Shown: positions 1 through 8,985 of the stretch, one piece after another
Position numbering within the stretch: the stretch's first letter is position 1
Layout: each line of letters opens with the position of its first letter
Assembly: GCA_965662845.1 (NCBI GenBank)
Contig: CBFIJD010000004.1
Location: 10,670 to 74,669 of the forward strand
Reading direction: 5' to 3'
Origin: an uncultured bacterium
Lineage (GTDB): Bacteria > SAR324 > NAC60-12
Length of the DNA stretch: 64,000 nt
Notes under the pieces: generated by a model
Told to the model about the DNA's origin: nothing
Databases searched by the model: none
What the model saw: the letters and a program-made list of their open reading frames with translations, nothing else
Made by a program: the position numbers and the translations under genes

Positions 1-1
1 A

Positions 2-931
2 CTCCAGAAATACGGCTATGAGGCCGAAGTCGTCGAGAGCGTCCCTGAAGCCGACTCACAGCGCGTCTTCACTCGCTTAGCGCGGAAGCATGACGTGGTC
101 GTCGGGACCTCTTTTGGCTTCATGGATCCGATGGTCGCTGCCGCCGAGCGCGACCGCGGCGACACGATCTTCTTGCACGCCTCCGGTTACAAAACCATCG
201 AAGGCAAGCTCGACGTCTATCACTGTCGCCTCTACCAAGCCCGCTATCTGACTGGCATCGCCGCCGGGATGTTGACCCGAACCAACAAAATTGGCTTCGT
301 GGGCTCCTATCCCATCCCGGAAATCGTCCAGAACATCAACGCCGCCGCGCTCGGTGCGCGCTCTGTGAATCCGGCGGTCGAGATCAACGTCGTCTGGATC
401 AACTCGTGGTTCGATCCGCCCAAAGACATGGACGCCGCCAAAGCGATGTTAGAGTGGGGCGCGGACGTGCTCTACACCACGACGGACTCCCCGAATGTCG
501 TCACGCTCGCGCAGCAACAATCCACGCCTGAGAAGCCGCTCTGGAGCATGGGCAACGACGCCCCGATGAACGCCTTCGGCCCTGACCGCTATGCGACCGG
601 CGCGATGTTCAACTGGAACGTGTTTTACAAGTACAAGCTGGATCAGATTGCCGAGGGGAATTTCAAGCTCGAGCGCTCGTTCTGGGGCCTTCAGGAGAAC
701 TGCGTCGGCTTGTCGCCGTGGGGTCCGAACGTTCCAGGCGCCGTCGTGAACAAGGTAGAGACCGTCAAGATGGAGTGGATCAACGACCTGATGGACGCAG
801 ACTTCCCGTTCTCTGCCGGCTTCACCAAACAAGACGGCACCCGAGTTCCTGCCGGAGAGGTCGGGCGCTCTGAAATTGAGCAGATGCAATACTTTGTGGA
901 AGGCGTCGTCGCCGAGTTTCCCACGCGCTGA
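2..931 (+). CDS. BMP family ABC transporter substrate-binding protein (5' partial)
   Basis: Frame is open from nt 2 (LQKYGYEAEVVESVPE...). Contains VGTSFGF, RLYQARYLTGIAAG, KIGFVGSYPIPE and WINSWFDP, typical of BMP/PnrA proteins. Confidence 0.9.
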   Translation, partial: LQKYGYEAEVVESVPEADSQRVFTRLARKHDVVVGTSFGFMDPMVAAAERDRGDTIFLHASGYKTIEGKLDVYHCRLYQARYLTGIAAGMLTRTNKIGFVGSYPIPEIVQNINAAALGARSVNPAVEINVVWINSWFDPPKDMDAAKAMLEWGADVLYTTTDSPNVVTLAQQQSTPEKPLWSMGNDAPMNAFGPDRYATGAMFNWNVFYKYKLDQIAEGNFKLERSFWGLQENCVGLSPWGPNVPGAVVNKVETVKMEWINDLMDADFPFSAGFTKQDGTRVPAGEVGRSEIEQMQYFVEGVVAEFPTR

Positions 932-1013
932 GCGCTCTCTCAGAGGGCGCCATTGCGCTTGTCTCCTCAACACAGACGGGTTTTGCGGCGGATGGCGCGG
1001 CGGAATCCGTGTG

Positions 1014-1583
1014 TCAGAAGAACGCGGTCCGCAGTCCCGCAGCGATCTGGATTTCACCGTAGTTGTCGCTGGGGACGTTGACCATCGCCAAGTCCAGCCC
1101 CACAAACCAGACCAACCACGACGGCATCGAGTCAATCGCGCCGTTCCAGCCCATGTGGAAGAGGTTCACAGAAGCCGCGCCCTTCCGCCCCACGTTCTCT
1201 CGATCGTCCCCAGCCGACGCCTCCCATCCCAGATAGCGCAGCGAGATCTCAGCGCCTTTGCCCGCGGGTTCCAGCCACTGATCGTGCAGCGCGATTTCAA
1301 AGCCCCGCCCTGCGGAGCGCAAGGTGCGATCGCCGAGACGGGTCTCTAAGCCCAGCGTGCTCTCCGGCACAAAGAGCCCCAGCAGCTTCAGATAGCGCTG
1401 CGGGCCACCGGGCTCTTTGTCGGTGAGATAAATCCCCATGCCCAGCCCGAGCGTGCTGTATGAAGAGCCACGACTGCCGAAGCTGTGATAGGTCAGCGCT
1501 TCTGGCGTGACGCTCTGCTGCGCCCACAAGGGCACGCTCCACAACAGCCCGAGCAAACTCACAACGATGCTCCGTCGTCTCAC
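1014..1583 (-). CDS. Exported hypothetical protein, possibly a small outer-membrane beta-barrel
   Basis: Signal peptide (RRR, hydrophobic core, LWA). Alternating beta-type segments and a C-terminal Phe. The start overlaps the glgP stop (GTGA). Confidence 0.6.
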   Translation of the reverse strand: MRRRSIVVSLLGLLWSVPLWAQQSVTPEALTYHSFGSRGSSYSTLGLGMGIYLTDKEPGGPQRYLKLLGLFVPESTLGLETRLGDRTLRSAGRGFEIALHDQWLEPAGKGAEISLRYLGWEASAGDDRENVGRKGAASVNLFHMGWNGAIDSMPSWLVWFVGLDLAMVNVPSDNYGEIQIAAGLRTAFF

Positions 1584-4084
1584 TCGTTGCCTCCGTTGCC
1601 GAGTTGGGGATGGACGTTCCAGATCTCGGTAGCGTACTCGCGGATGGTGCGGTCACTGGAGAACTTCCCGACGTTCGCGGTGTTGCGGATCGACATTTTG
1701 GTCCAGCGCTCGGTGTCGAGGTAGGCTGCGCTGACGCGCTGCTGGCACTCGGCGTAGCTCGCGAAGTCTTTCAGCAGCAGGTAGTAGTCGGTGTACACCA
1801 GCGAGTTGATCACGTCTTGGTAGCGGTGGGGCTCTTCGGGGTTGAACACGCCAGAGCGCACGGCGTCGAGCACTTCCCGCAGCCGAGGGTTCGCGTCGCA
1901 GATTTGACGCGGGTCGTAGCCTTTTCCTCTCACGTCGATCACTTCTTCTGCGTTCAGGCCGAAGATGAAGATGTTGTCATCACCGACTTCTTCGCGAATC
2001 TCGACGTTTGCGCCGTCCATCGTGCCAATGATCAAGGAGCCATTCAGGCAGAACTTCATGTTGCTCGTGCCAGAAGCTTCCATGCCTGCGGTGGAGATGT
2101 GTTCTGAGATTTCGCTCGCTGCGATCATCTTTTCGGAAATCGAGACGCCGTAGTTCTCAACGAACAAGACCTTGAGCTTGTCGCCAATCAACGCGTCGTT
2201 GTTGACTGTGCGAGCGACGTCGTTGATCAGGCGGATGATCAGCTTCGCCATGTGATAGCCCGGCGCGGCCTTGCCGCCGAACAAGAAGGTGCGCGGCACG
2301 AAGTCTTGCTGTGGGTGGCGCTGCAAATCTTGGTAGAGATAGACCACATGCAGGATGTTCAACAGCTGACGCTTGTACTCGTGCAGGCGCTTGATTTGGA
2401 CGTCGAACAGCGAGTTGGGGTGAATGGTGAGGCCCTCTCGTTGCGCGAGCCACGTCGCGAGCTGTTGCTTCTTCTCCAGCTTGATCTCGCGCCACTGGCG
2501 GCGGAAGGTTTCGTGGTCGGCGAGGTCGTTCAAGCGCTTGAGGTCATCCAAGTCGGTGATCCATTTGCTGCCGATGTGATCGCAGATCAGGGTAGACAGC
2601 TCGGGGTTTGCGCAGCGCAGCCACAGGCGGGGGGTGATGCCGTTGGTTTTGTTTTGGAAGCGCTCTGGGTGCATCCGGTAGAAATCTTGGAAGATGGTCT
2701 GCTTGAGCAGCTCGGTGTGGAGCGCGGCGACGCCGTTCACGGTGTGGCTCCCAATGATGGAGAGGTAAGGCATGCGCACCTGCTTCTGCCAGCCCTCTTC
2801 AATCAATGAGATGCGAGCGAGCAACCCAAGATCTTGGGGATGCTGGTGCCGGACGCTCTCCAAGAAGCGCTCGTTGATCTGATAAATCAGCTCCATGTGG
2901 CGAGGTAGCAGGCTGATCATCAGGTCGACGGGCCAGCGCTCTAGGGCTTCGGGCAAGACGGTGTGGTTCGTATACGCGAAGGTGTGGCGCGTGATGTCCC
3001 ACGCTTCGTCCCACGCTAAGCCCTCGTGGTCGAGCAGCAGGCGCATCAGCTCGGGGATCGCGATGGACGGGTGCGTGTCGTTCAGTTGAATCGCCATGCA
3101 GTTCGGCAGCTCACTCCACGGCAGGTTGCGTGCTTTGAAGCGACCGAGCATGTCTTGCAGAGACGCCGACACAAAGAAGTACTGCTGCTTGAGGCGCAGC
3201 TCCTTGCCGTGAAACCCCGCGTCGTTTGGATAGAGCACCTTGGAGATGGTCTCAATGCGCAGCTTGTCTTGCACCGCCTGCATGTAGTCGCCGCTGTTGA
3301 AGCTCTCAAAGTCAAAGTCCCGCTGCGCCCGCGCGGACCAGAGACGCAAGACGTTCACCGTCTGGTTTCGGTAGCCCGAGACGGGCACGTCGTAGGCGAC
3401 CGCGAGCGCCTTCTCGCTATCCACCCAGCGCCGCCCGGCCTTGGACTCTTCATCGTCGCAGTCGATCACACGTCCATAAAAACGCACGGTGTAGGTGATG
3501 TGCGGGCGGTGGATTTCCCAGGGGTAGCCGTTCTCCAGCCAGTTGTCCGGGAGCTCGATCTGGCGTCCGTGCTCAAACTGCTGCTTGAAGATCCCATATT
3601 CGTAGCGGATGCCATAGCCATACGCAGGCAGCTGCAAGGTCGCCATGGAGTCGAGGAAGCACGCCGCGAGGCGCCCCAAGCCGCCGTTGCCGAGCCCTGC
3701 GTCCTGCTCCACTTCTTCGATGTCTGCTAAGTCACAGCCCAAGCGCTGCAGCACTTCTTGTGCGGTTTCGTAGATGCCCAAGTTCACTAGGTTATTCCGC
3801 AAGCTGCGCCCGATCAGATATTCCAGCGACAGGTAGTTCACCTCTTTGCATCCCGATTTACGGTAGCGCTCTTGGGTCTCGTTCAAGTGCCCTACCAAGC
3901 GGTCACGGACGGTGCGGGCTAGCGCTTCAAACAAGTCGCTCTGGTCGGCGTGTTCAGGGGTTTGGCATTGGGTAAACTCCAAGTGTCGCACGACGGACTC
4001 TAGCAGCGAGGTGCTGTCGGTCTTTTGTTGGGACTGCGCGATGTAGTCCCACAGGCTCTGGACTTCGGGTTTGTGGTTCAGCAT
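1580..4084 (-). CDS. glgP: Glycogen/starch/alpha-glucan phosphorylase
   Basis: GLGNGGLGRLAACF, QLNDTHP, KRLHEYKRQ and EASGTSNMKF (PLP lysine). Start set at ATG 4084, with GGAGA upstream. Confidence 0.97.
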   Translation of the reverse strand: MLNHKPEVQSLWDYIAQSQQKTDSTSLLESVVRHLEFTQCQTPEHADQSDLFEALARTVRDRLVGHLNETQERYRKSGCKEVNYLSLEYLIGRSLRNNLVNLGIYETAQEVLQRLGCDLADIEEVEQDAGLGNGGLGRLAACFLDSMATLQLPAYGYGIRYEYGIFKQQFEHGRQIELPDNWLENGYPWEIHRPHITYTVRFYGRVIDCDDEESKAGRRWVDSEKALAVAYDVPVSGYRNQTVNVLRLWSARAQRDFDFESFNSGDYMQAVQDKLRIETISKVLYPNDAGFHGKELRLKQQYFFVSASLQDMLGRFKARNLPWSELPNCMAIQLNDTHPSIAIPELMRLLLDHEGLAWDEAWDITRHTFAYTNHTVLPEALERWPVDLMISLLPRHMELIYQINERFLESVRHQHPQDLGLLARISLIEEGWQKQVRMPYLSIIGSHTVNGVAALHTELLKQTIFQDFYRMHPERFQNKTNGITPRLWLRCANPELSTLICDHIGSKWITDLDDLKRLNDLADHETFRRQWREIKLEKKQQLATWLAQREGLTIHPNSLFDVQIKRLHEYKRQLLNILHVVYLYQDLQRHPQQDFVPRTFLFGGKAAPGYHMAKLIIRLINDVARTVNNDALIGDKLKVLFVENYGVSISEKMIAASEISEHISTAGMEASGTSNMKFCLNGSLIIGTMDGANVEIREEVGDDNIFIFGLNAEEVIDVRGKGYDPRQICDANPRLREVLDAVRSGVFNPEEPHRYQDVINSLVYTDYYLLLKDFASYAECQQRVSAAYLDTERWTKMSIRNTANVGKFSSDRTIREYATEIWNVHPQLGNGGNE

Positions 4085-4266
4085 GTTGATCTCCGCATAC
4101 GAGAAAGAGGGAAGTGGTGACAAATTTGTGGCAAAGGTAGCACACCCCTGCAAAATTTGCGGAATTATTGCGCAGAGGGTCCCACAGAAAGCATTAAAGT
4201 TTTGTGCGCTGCGGCCGATAAGAGAAGAAAACTCAGCACGGCACACCTCACACACACAGGGAACTT

Positions 4267-4689
4267 ATGCGCTGGCGAACTTCTCTATTAGCTTTTTTGA
4301 CCGCAGGTTTTGCCTTCACAGGCTGCTCCACCGTGGAGCAAGCGTTTGGTCCTGATGCTCCCGTGGCGGCAGCGGCCTGCGCAGATCCAACGATTTCATA
4401 CGCCTTCTCGCTCCATGAGGACGCGAAGCAAGGGCTCGTGAATTATTTCAACTCTCGCGAAGATTACCTGCTGTATGAAGCCTACTATGACGCAGGAGAT
4501 TCGCGCTCGGTTGCTCAATCGGTGAGCAAGTGTTGGGATCGGCGCGTTTCGCACTTCAACGCCATGAAGAATCTGGAAGAGCTTAACGGCAATCTGGCCC
4601 GCATTCTGCTGCGCAACATGCCCGACGAAGATCCGGGCCAAATCGTCTCCGTCTATCGCGAACAATACGAACCGATCATGCAACGCTAA
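4267..4689 (+). CDS. Hypothetical lipoprotein
   Basis: AGGGA RBS; signal peptide ending in lipobox-like FTGC. Confidence 0.7.
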   Translation: MRWRTSLLAFLTAGFAFTGCSTVEQAFGPDAPVAAAACADPTISYAFSLHEDAKQGLVNYFNSREDYLLYEAYYDAGDSRSVAQSVSKCWDRRVSHFNAMKNLEELNGNLARILLRNMPDEDPGQIVSVYREQYEPIMQR

Positions 4690-4701
4690 TTCAGCAAGTC
4701 C

Positions 4702-5487
4702 ATGTCCCAATCCTCCTCAGGATTATTTTCTGGTCTCTCCCGCAGCGCCCAAAATACCATCCTCGGCCTCGGCCTCGCAGGAATGCTGCTCGGGGAGGCT
4801 ATCCTCGCCCTCTTTCGGCCTCCTCTCCGCTTCAACCTCTTCTTCAAGCAGATGGAGTTCATCGGCAATAAGTCGATGTGGATCACCATCTTAACGGGCA
4901 CCTTCACCGGGATGGTCTTGACCATCCAATCTTACTTCGCGTTGCGCACTTTCAGCTCGGAGAGCATCGTTGGGGGGATGGTGGCCGTGAGCATGACGCG
5001 TGAGCTGGGGCCCGTCCTCACCGCTCTGATGGTGAACGCCCGCGCCGGATCGGCCATCGCCGCAGAGATCGGGACTATGCGCGTGACCGAACAAGTCGAC
5101 GCTTTGCAGTCGCTAGCAGTGAACCCCGTCCAATACTTGGTGACGCCTCGCATCCTCGCGGGAATTGTGATGCTGCCCTGCCTAACAATGGTCGCGAATG
5201 TCACTGGGATTTTGGGTTCCTATCTGGTGGGGGTCTTGTTGCTGGGCGTGGACGCGGGCATTTTTCTCTCCAAAATTGAGGACTTTGTCGTCGTGCGTGA
5301 CATCTGGGGGAGCCTCCTCAAGGCGGCGATGTTTGGCCTCGTCCTCACCCACGTCGGCTGCTACAAAGGCTACTACACCGAGAATGGCGCCGAAGGCGTG
5401 GGGCGCGCCACTACCGAAGCCGTCAGTTTTTCCGCGGTCTTCATCCTCTTCTCTGACTACGTCTTTACTTCCTTCTGGCAGCGCTGA
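4702..5487 (+). CDS. mlaE: MlaE-family ABC permease
   Basis: RELGPVLTALMVNARAGSAIAAEIGTMRVTEQVDAL and GAEGVGRATT motifs. Confidence 0.92.
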   Translation: MSQSSSGLFSGLSRSAQNTILGLGLAGMLLGEAILALFRPPLRFNLFFKQMEFIGNKSMWITILTGTFTGMVLTIQSYFALRTFSSESIVGGMVAVSMTRELGPVLTALMVNARAGSAIAAEIGTMRVTEQVDALQSLAVNPVQYLVTPRILAGIVMLPCLTMVANVTGILGSYLVGVLLLGVDAGIFLSKIEDFVVVRDIWGSLLKAAMFGLVLTHVGCYKGYYTENGAEGVGRATTEAVSFSAVFILFSDYVFTSFWQR

Positions 5488-5650
5488 TTCCCGCCGCTTG
5501 CATTCGCCTCCTCCGCCGAACTTCCCCTCCGATTTTTGCGTGACATTGATGTGACACCCTGTAATATCATGATGTACGTACGTAGCATTACTTATCCCCT
5601 GCTGCGTGCGGTCTTTCATCATGGGGACATTTCGCACTTGAGGAGAGCAT

Positions 5651-6121
5651 ATGAAGAAAGTCATCAGCGCCCTGATTGTTGGTTCCAGCATGCTGTTAGG
5701 CAGCCTCGCCGGAGCCGCGGATTACGCGAAGCAGAAGGTCGTGTATCACATCAATGGCGACAACCCGCAGCAGAACACCGGCGCACTGCGCAACATCCAG
5801 AATCACATCAACGCCGTCGGGGCGGAGAACATGGAGATCAAGGTCGTGATGCACGGCAACGGTCTCGCGCTGCTGATGTATCCAGACGAACTCGAAGGCA
5901 CCAAGATGAAGCGCGGCAACGCCGATGAAGCGATGCAGACCCGCATCACCGGGTTGAAGAACCAAGGCGTGCGCTTTCACGTCTGTGCGAACACTCTCAA
6001 GGGCCGCAACGTCAACCTCGTCGAAGATCTCTACGACGCGACCGAAGCAGACATCGTCCCCAGTGGCGTCGCCGAGCTTTCCAAGCTGCAGCTCGAAGGG
6101 TTCACGTATATCAAGCCCTAA
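5651..6121 (+). CDS. Periplasmic DsrE/DsrF-like protein
   Basis: Strong RBS (GAGGAG) and signal peptide. KVVYHIN, VVMHGNG, VCANTL and VPSGVAELSKLQLEGFTYIKP. Confidence 0.85.
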   Translation: MKKVISALIVGSSMLLGSLAGAADYAKQKVVYHINGDNPQQNTGALRNIQNHINAVGAENMEIKVVMHGNGLALLMYPDELEGTKMKRGNADEAMQTRITGLKNQGVRFHVCANTLKGRNVNLVEDLYDATEADIVPSGVAELSKLQLEGFTYIKP

Positions 6122-6240
6122 GCCCCACACCTCACGCTCCTCGTCAGCTGCGCGAGGAGCCCGCCCTTGCATTCGCAAAACAAGAAATCTCTCGCTTTCC
6201 CCTTGAAACTTTGTCGTAACAATCTAGGGTTGCCGACTCT

Positions 6241-6400
6241 TTAGGTGCTCTCGCGCTTGTGCTCGAGAGAGAATAGGGAATCCGGTGCAAATCCGGAGCT
6301 GTCCGCGCAACTGTAAGCCGCCTATCGTGCGAACAATCGCCACTGCGTCGCCACGCGGGAAGGCGTTCGTGACGAGCTGCAAGCCAGGAGACCTGCCTAA
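6241..6400 (+). promoter_or_regulatory. Cobalamin riboswitch
   Basis: Consensus elements in order: AGGT, AATAGGGAAtccGGTGcaAATCC, CGCAACTGTAA, GCCACTG, GGGAAGGC and the B12 box AAGCCAGGAGACCTGCC. Lies upstream of a cobalt transporter gene. Confidence 0.95.
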
Positions 6401-6538
6401 ACATTCTGAAACCAGGCGACGGAACTGGAAAGCAACGACCTACAAGCGTCATCAGAACGCCTGCTCTTTGCTCTCCCCACCTCTCGGCCTTGCGCCGCTT
6501 CTCGCCACCTCTTTCCTTCCTCTTTGTCGGAGAATCGT

Positions 6539-7219
6539 ATGCACATTGAACCGGGCATCGTCGCAGGCGCGAAGATGCTTCTCAGTTATGGAACCGTCGC
6601 GGTCGCGGGCGGGTTGACCTTGCGTCACGCCGAGACAATGTTCCGCGAGAGTGGTCTGCTCTCGCTCGTCAGCCGCGCTCTGATCGCTACGCTGCTGGTC
6701 TTCAGCTTCTTTGAGGTCTTGCCCCACCATCCGGTTGGCGTCTCAGAGGTACACTTCATCTTCGGCTCCACGCTGTTTTTGTTGTTCGGAGCGGCTCCGG
6801 CGGCGCTTGGTCTCGCCGGAGGTTTATTGCTGCAAGGCTTTCTGTTTGCCCCGTGGGACTTACCGATGTACGCCGTGAACGCCACGACTTTGCTCTTGCC
6901 GCTGTTCGCCATGGCCGCCGTCGCGAAGCGCGTGATCCCTGAGAACGTCGCGTACAAAGACTTGTCTTACAGCCAAGTGCTGAGACTTTCGGTGGTCTAT
7001 CAGGGCGGCGTTGTCGCGTGGGTCGCGTTCTGGGCGTTCTACGGGCAAGGATTCGGGGCGGAGAATCTGGCGAGTGTGGGCAGTTTCGGAGTGGCGTATC
7101 TGAGCGTGATTTTGCTGGAACCTGTCTTGGATTTGGGCGTACTCGCGGTCGCGAAGCTGTTGGACGGGCAACAGAACTCTCCGTTGCTAGCGCCCCGCTT
7201 GTTCCATGCCGCAAGCTAA
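6539..7219 (+). CDS. cbiM: CbiM-like ECF-type cobalt transporter membrane protein
   Basis: N-terminal MHI metal-binding motif, GVSEVHFIFG and multiple TM helices. Follows the B12 riboswitch; GGAGA RBS before ATG 6539. Confidence 0.8.
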   Translation: MHIEPGIVAGAKMLLSYGTVAVAGGLTLRHAETMFRESGLLSLVSRALIATLLVFSFFEVLPHHPVGVSEVHFIFGSTLFLLFGAAPAALGLAGGLLLQGFLFAPWDLPMYAVNATTLLLPLFAMAAVAKRVIPENVAYKDLSYSQVLRLSVVYQGGVVAWVAFWAFYGQGFGAENLASVGSFGVAYLSVILLEPVLDLGVLAVAKLLDGQQNSPLLAPRLFHAAS

Positions 7220-7427
7220 CACGCATTGCAAACACGAGGTGCTCTGCTGCCCCCGCTGTGGCGCAGCGTTCGAGTGCCGCATGAACAACATCAACCGCTG
7301 CCATTGCGTGGCGGTCTCGTTGAATCGAGAGCAGTTGGAACAGCTCGCCGAGCGCTTTGACTCGTGCCTATGCCACAGCTGTCTCCAACAGCTCGCTCAC
7401 GAAGCCCTGCCCTCCTCGCCTGCTTGA
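7206..7427 (+). CDS. Cysteine-rich CWC-family protein
   Basis: CPRCGAAFEC...CHC...CLCHSCL pattern. Overlaps the end of the cbiM-like gene. Confidence 0.8.
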   Translation: MPQANTHCKHEVLCCPRCGAAFECRMNNINRCHCVAVSLNREQLEQLAERFDSCLCHSCLQQLAHEALPSSPA

Positions 7428-7593
7428 TCTCTCGCCTCCCAAGCCTCGGAGTCCACTCTTTCCAAACAGACCGAGGCATCTCCCGACGGATTTGGTTCAC
7501 GAATAGGAACCGTTCGCTCACAAAAGAGGGGAAGTTTCTCTCGCCGCGAAGCCCGCGGCTACGTCCCGTCTCACGATGGCAAGAGAAGCACTC

Positions 7594-8193
7594 TTAGCTC
7601 TGTGGCGCTGAGTGAGGCTCAGGACTGCGTGGCAACAGCAGGTCTTCCAGAAAGAACGCCGAGAACTCGCTGCGTCCTCGCAGGCTGCTCTTGCGATAGA
7701 GCTCTCCGGCTTGCTGACGCACGGTTCGCTCACTGGTCTTGCGGACATCTGCGATTTCTTTGAAAGAGAGACCTTTCAGCAACAACAGCCCAACCTCTCG
7801 CTCCGCGTCTGTGAACTGCCACTCTGCAAACTGGCGATCGATCGCCTGCCCCAGCCCAGCCAACAAATCTTGCGATTCCTGTTTCCAGCGTACGACGTCT
7901 TGTTCAGCGTCGTGAGCCCGCGTTTGCCATGACTGCGTCTCTTCGCGCGCCAGCAGGAGCTGCCACTGGAGCCACACCAGCAAGCCCAACAGCAACGCCA
8001 CTGCGGCGGTTTCAACCAGCAAGTGAGAGAGCACGCTCAACCAATTTAGAGTATCGGCTAAAATATCGAGCACAAGCAGCGCCACCGTCAGAAAAATCGC
8101 CACATAAACCTTCCGTAGGCGAGCCGTTTCCCATCCGTCATTTGTCGGAAGCAGAGCGTCTAAGAGACTGTTTTTACTGTTTTCTTCTTTCAT
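7594..8193 (-). CDS. Membrane-anchored LuxR-family HTH regulator
   Basis: Two N-terminal TM helices, a coiled coil, then the LuxR HTH FTDAEREVGLLLLKGLSFKEIADVRKTSERTVRQQ. Confidence 0.88.
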   Translation of the reverse strand: MKEENSKNSLLDALLPTNDGWETARLRKVYVAIFLTVALLVLDILADTLNWLSVLSHLLVETAAVALLLGLLVWLQWQLLLAREETQSWQTRAHDAEQDVVRWKQESQDLLAGLGQAIDRQFAEWQFTDAEREVGLLLLKGLSFKEIADVRKTSERTVRQQAGELYRKSSLRGRSEFSAFFLEDLLLPRSPEPHSAPQS

Positions 8194-8337
8194 CGTGCCT
8201 TTGTCGGATAGGGATTTGCTGAGGACTCGGTACCGTAGCGATCCGATCTGCGGTTCGCAACTGAGAAATCAGCAGGGGCTGGAGAGTCTCTCCGCCTCGC
8301 GAGCCGGACCGCTCAACCCAAACCCACAGAGAACCTC

Positions 8338-8934
8338 ATGCGAAAATATTGGCTCCGCGCGGCGCTGATTGCCCTAACTCTCAGCTTTGCTGCCTGCAGT
8401 GAAGTGGAACCTCCCTTGACGACAGAAAGTGGCACGTCCCTCAACGAAGATGACGCTTCTCTCAACGAAGATGACGCTTCCAGCGCAACCGCTTTCGCCA
8501 GTGAAGAGACCAACATCGTCGCGCTCATGACTCCGTCGGCTGGACGACTCTTGGCCGCGCAGTGCGCGCAGTGTCATGGCACCGATGGGCTCTCGCGCAG
8601 TGGAATTGAAGGGCTCGCCCACGAGGCCGGCGAAATTCCCGAAGAGATGGCGGAGATGCGAAGCTCGTCATTCACCAATGACATCATGCATCAGCAAGCC
8701 CGAGGCTACACCGCCGCCGAGGTCCAAGCGATTGCAGACTGGTTTGCTTCTCACTCCAGCGGCACTGCTGGCGACGACGATGACGACGATGAGCGCTACG
8801 AAAACGATGACGACGATGAGCGCTACGAAAACGACGACGACGATGAGCGCTACGAAAACGATGACGACGATAAGCGCTACGAAAACGACGACGACGAGCA
8901 CTACGAAAACGATGACGACGATGACGACGATTGA
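8338..8934 (+). CDS. fccA: Monoheme cytochrome c lipoprotein (FccA-like) with acidic repeat tail
   Basis: Lipobox-like FAAC, CAQCHGTDG heme motif and IMHQQARGYT distal Met. Directly upstream of fccB. Confidence 0.8.
   Translation: MRKYWLRAALIALTLSFAACSEVEPPLTTESGTSLNEDDASLNEDDASSATAFASEETNIVALMTPSAGRLLAAQCAQCHGTDGLSRSGIEGLAHEAGEIPEEMAEMRSSSFTNDIMHQQARGYTAAEVQAIADWFASHSSGTAGDDDDDDERYENDDDDERYENDDDDERYENDDDDKRYENDDDEHYENDDDDDDD
8773..8931 (+). repeat. Coding tandem repeat, 27-bp unit, about 5 copies (ERYENDDDD)
   Basis: Units related to GAGCGCTACGAAAACGAYGACGACGAT start at 8791, 8818, 8845, 8872 and 8896; the fourth is 24 bp. Flanked by GAC/GAT runs. Confidence 0.95.
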
Positions 8935-8985
8935 TCTGCCGCAACCCGACAACTGATTTCCAATATTCTATTCTGGAGACACACC

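Noticed and set aside
4085..4255. 57-aa N-terminal extension of GlgP in the ORF track
   Set aside because: It crosses the divergent promoter region, and ATG 4084 has an RBS and gives a normal length.
5540..5592. GTGACA direct repeat and TACGTACGTA palindrome upstream of the DsrE gene
   Set aside because: It may be an operator, but it is a single short instance with no assignable regulator.
8773..8931. 27-bp repeats as a CRISPR array
   Set aside because: There are no unique spacers, the repeat is in-frame coding, and there are no cas genes.
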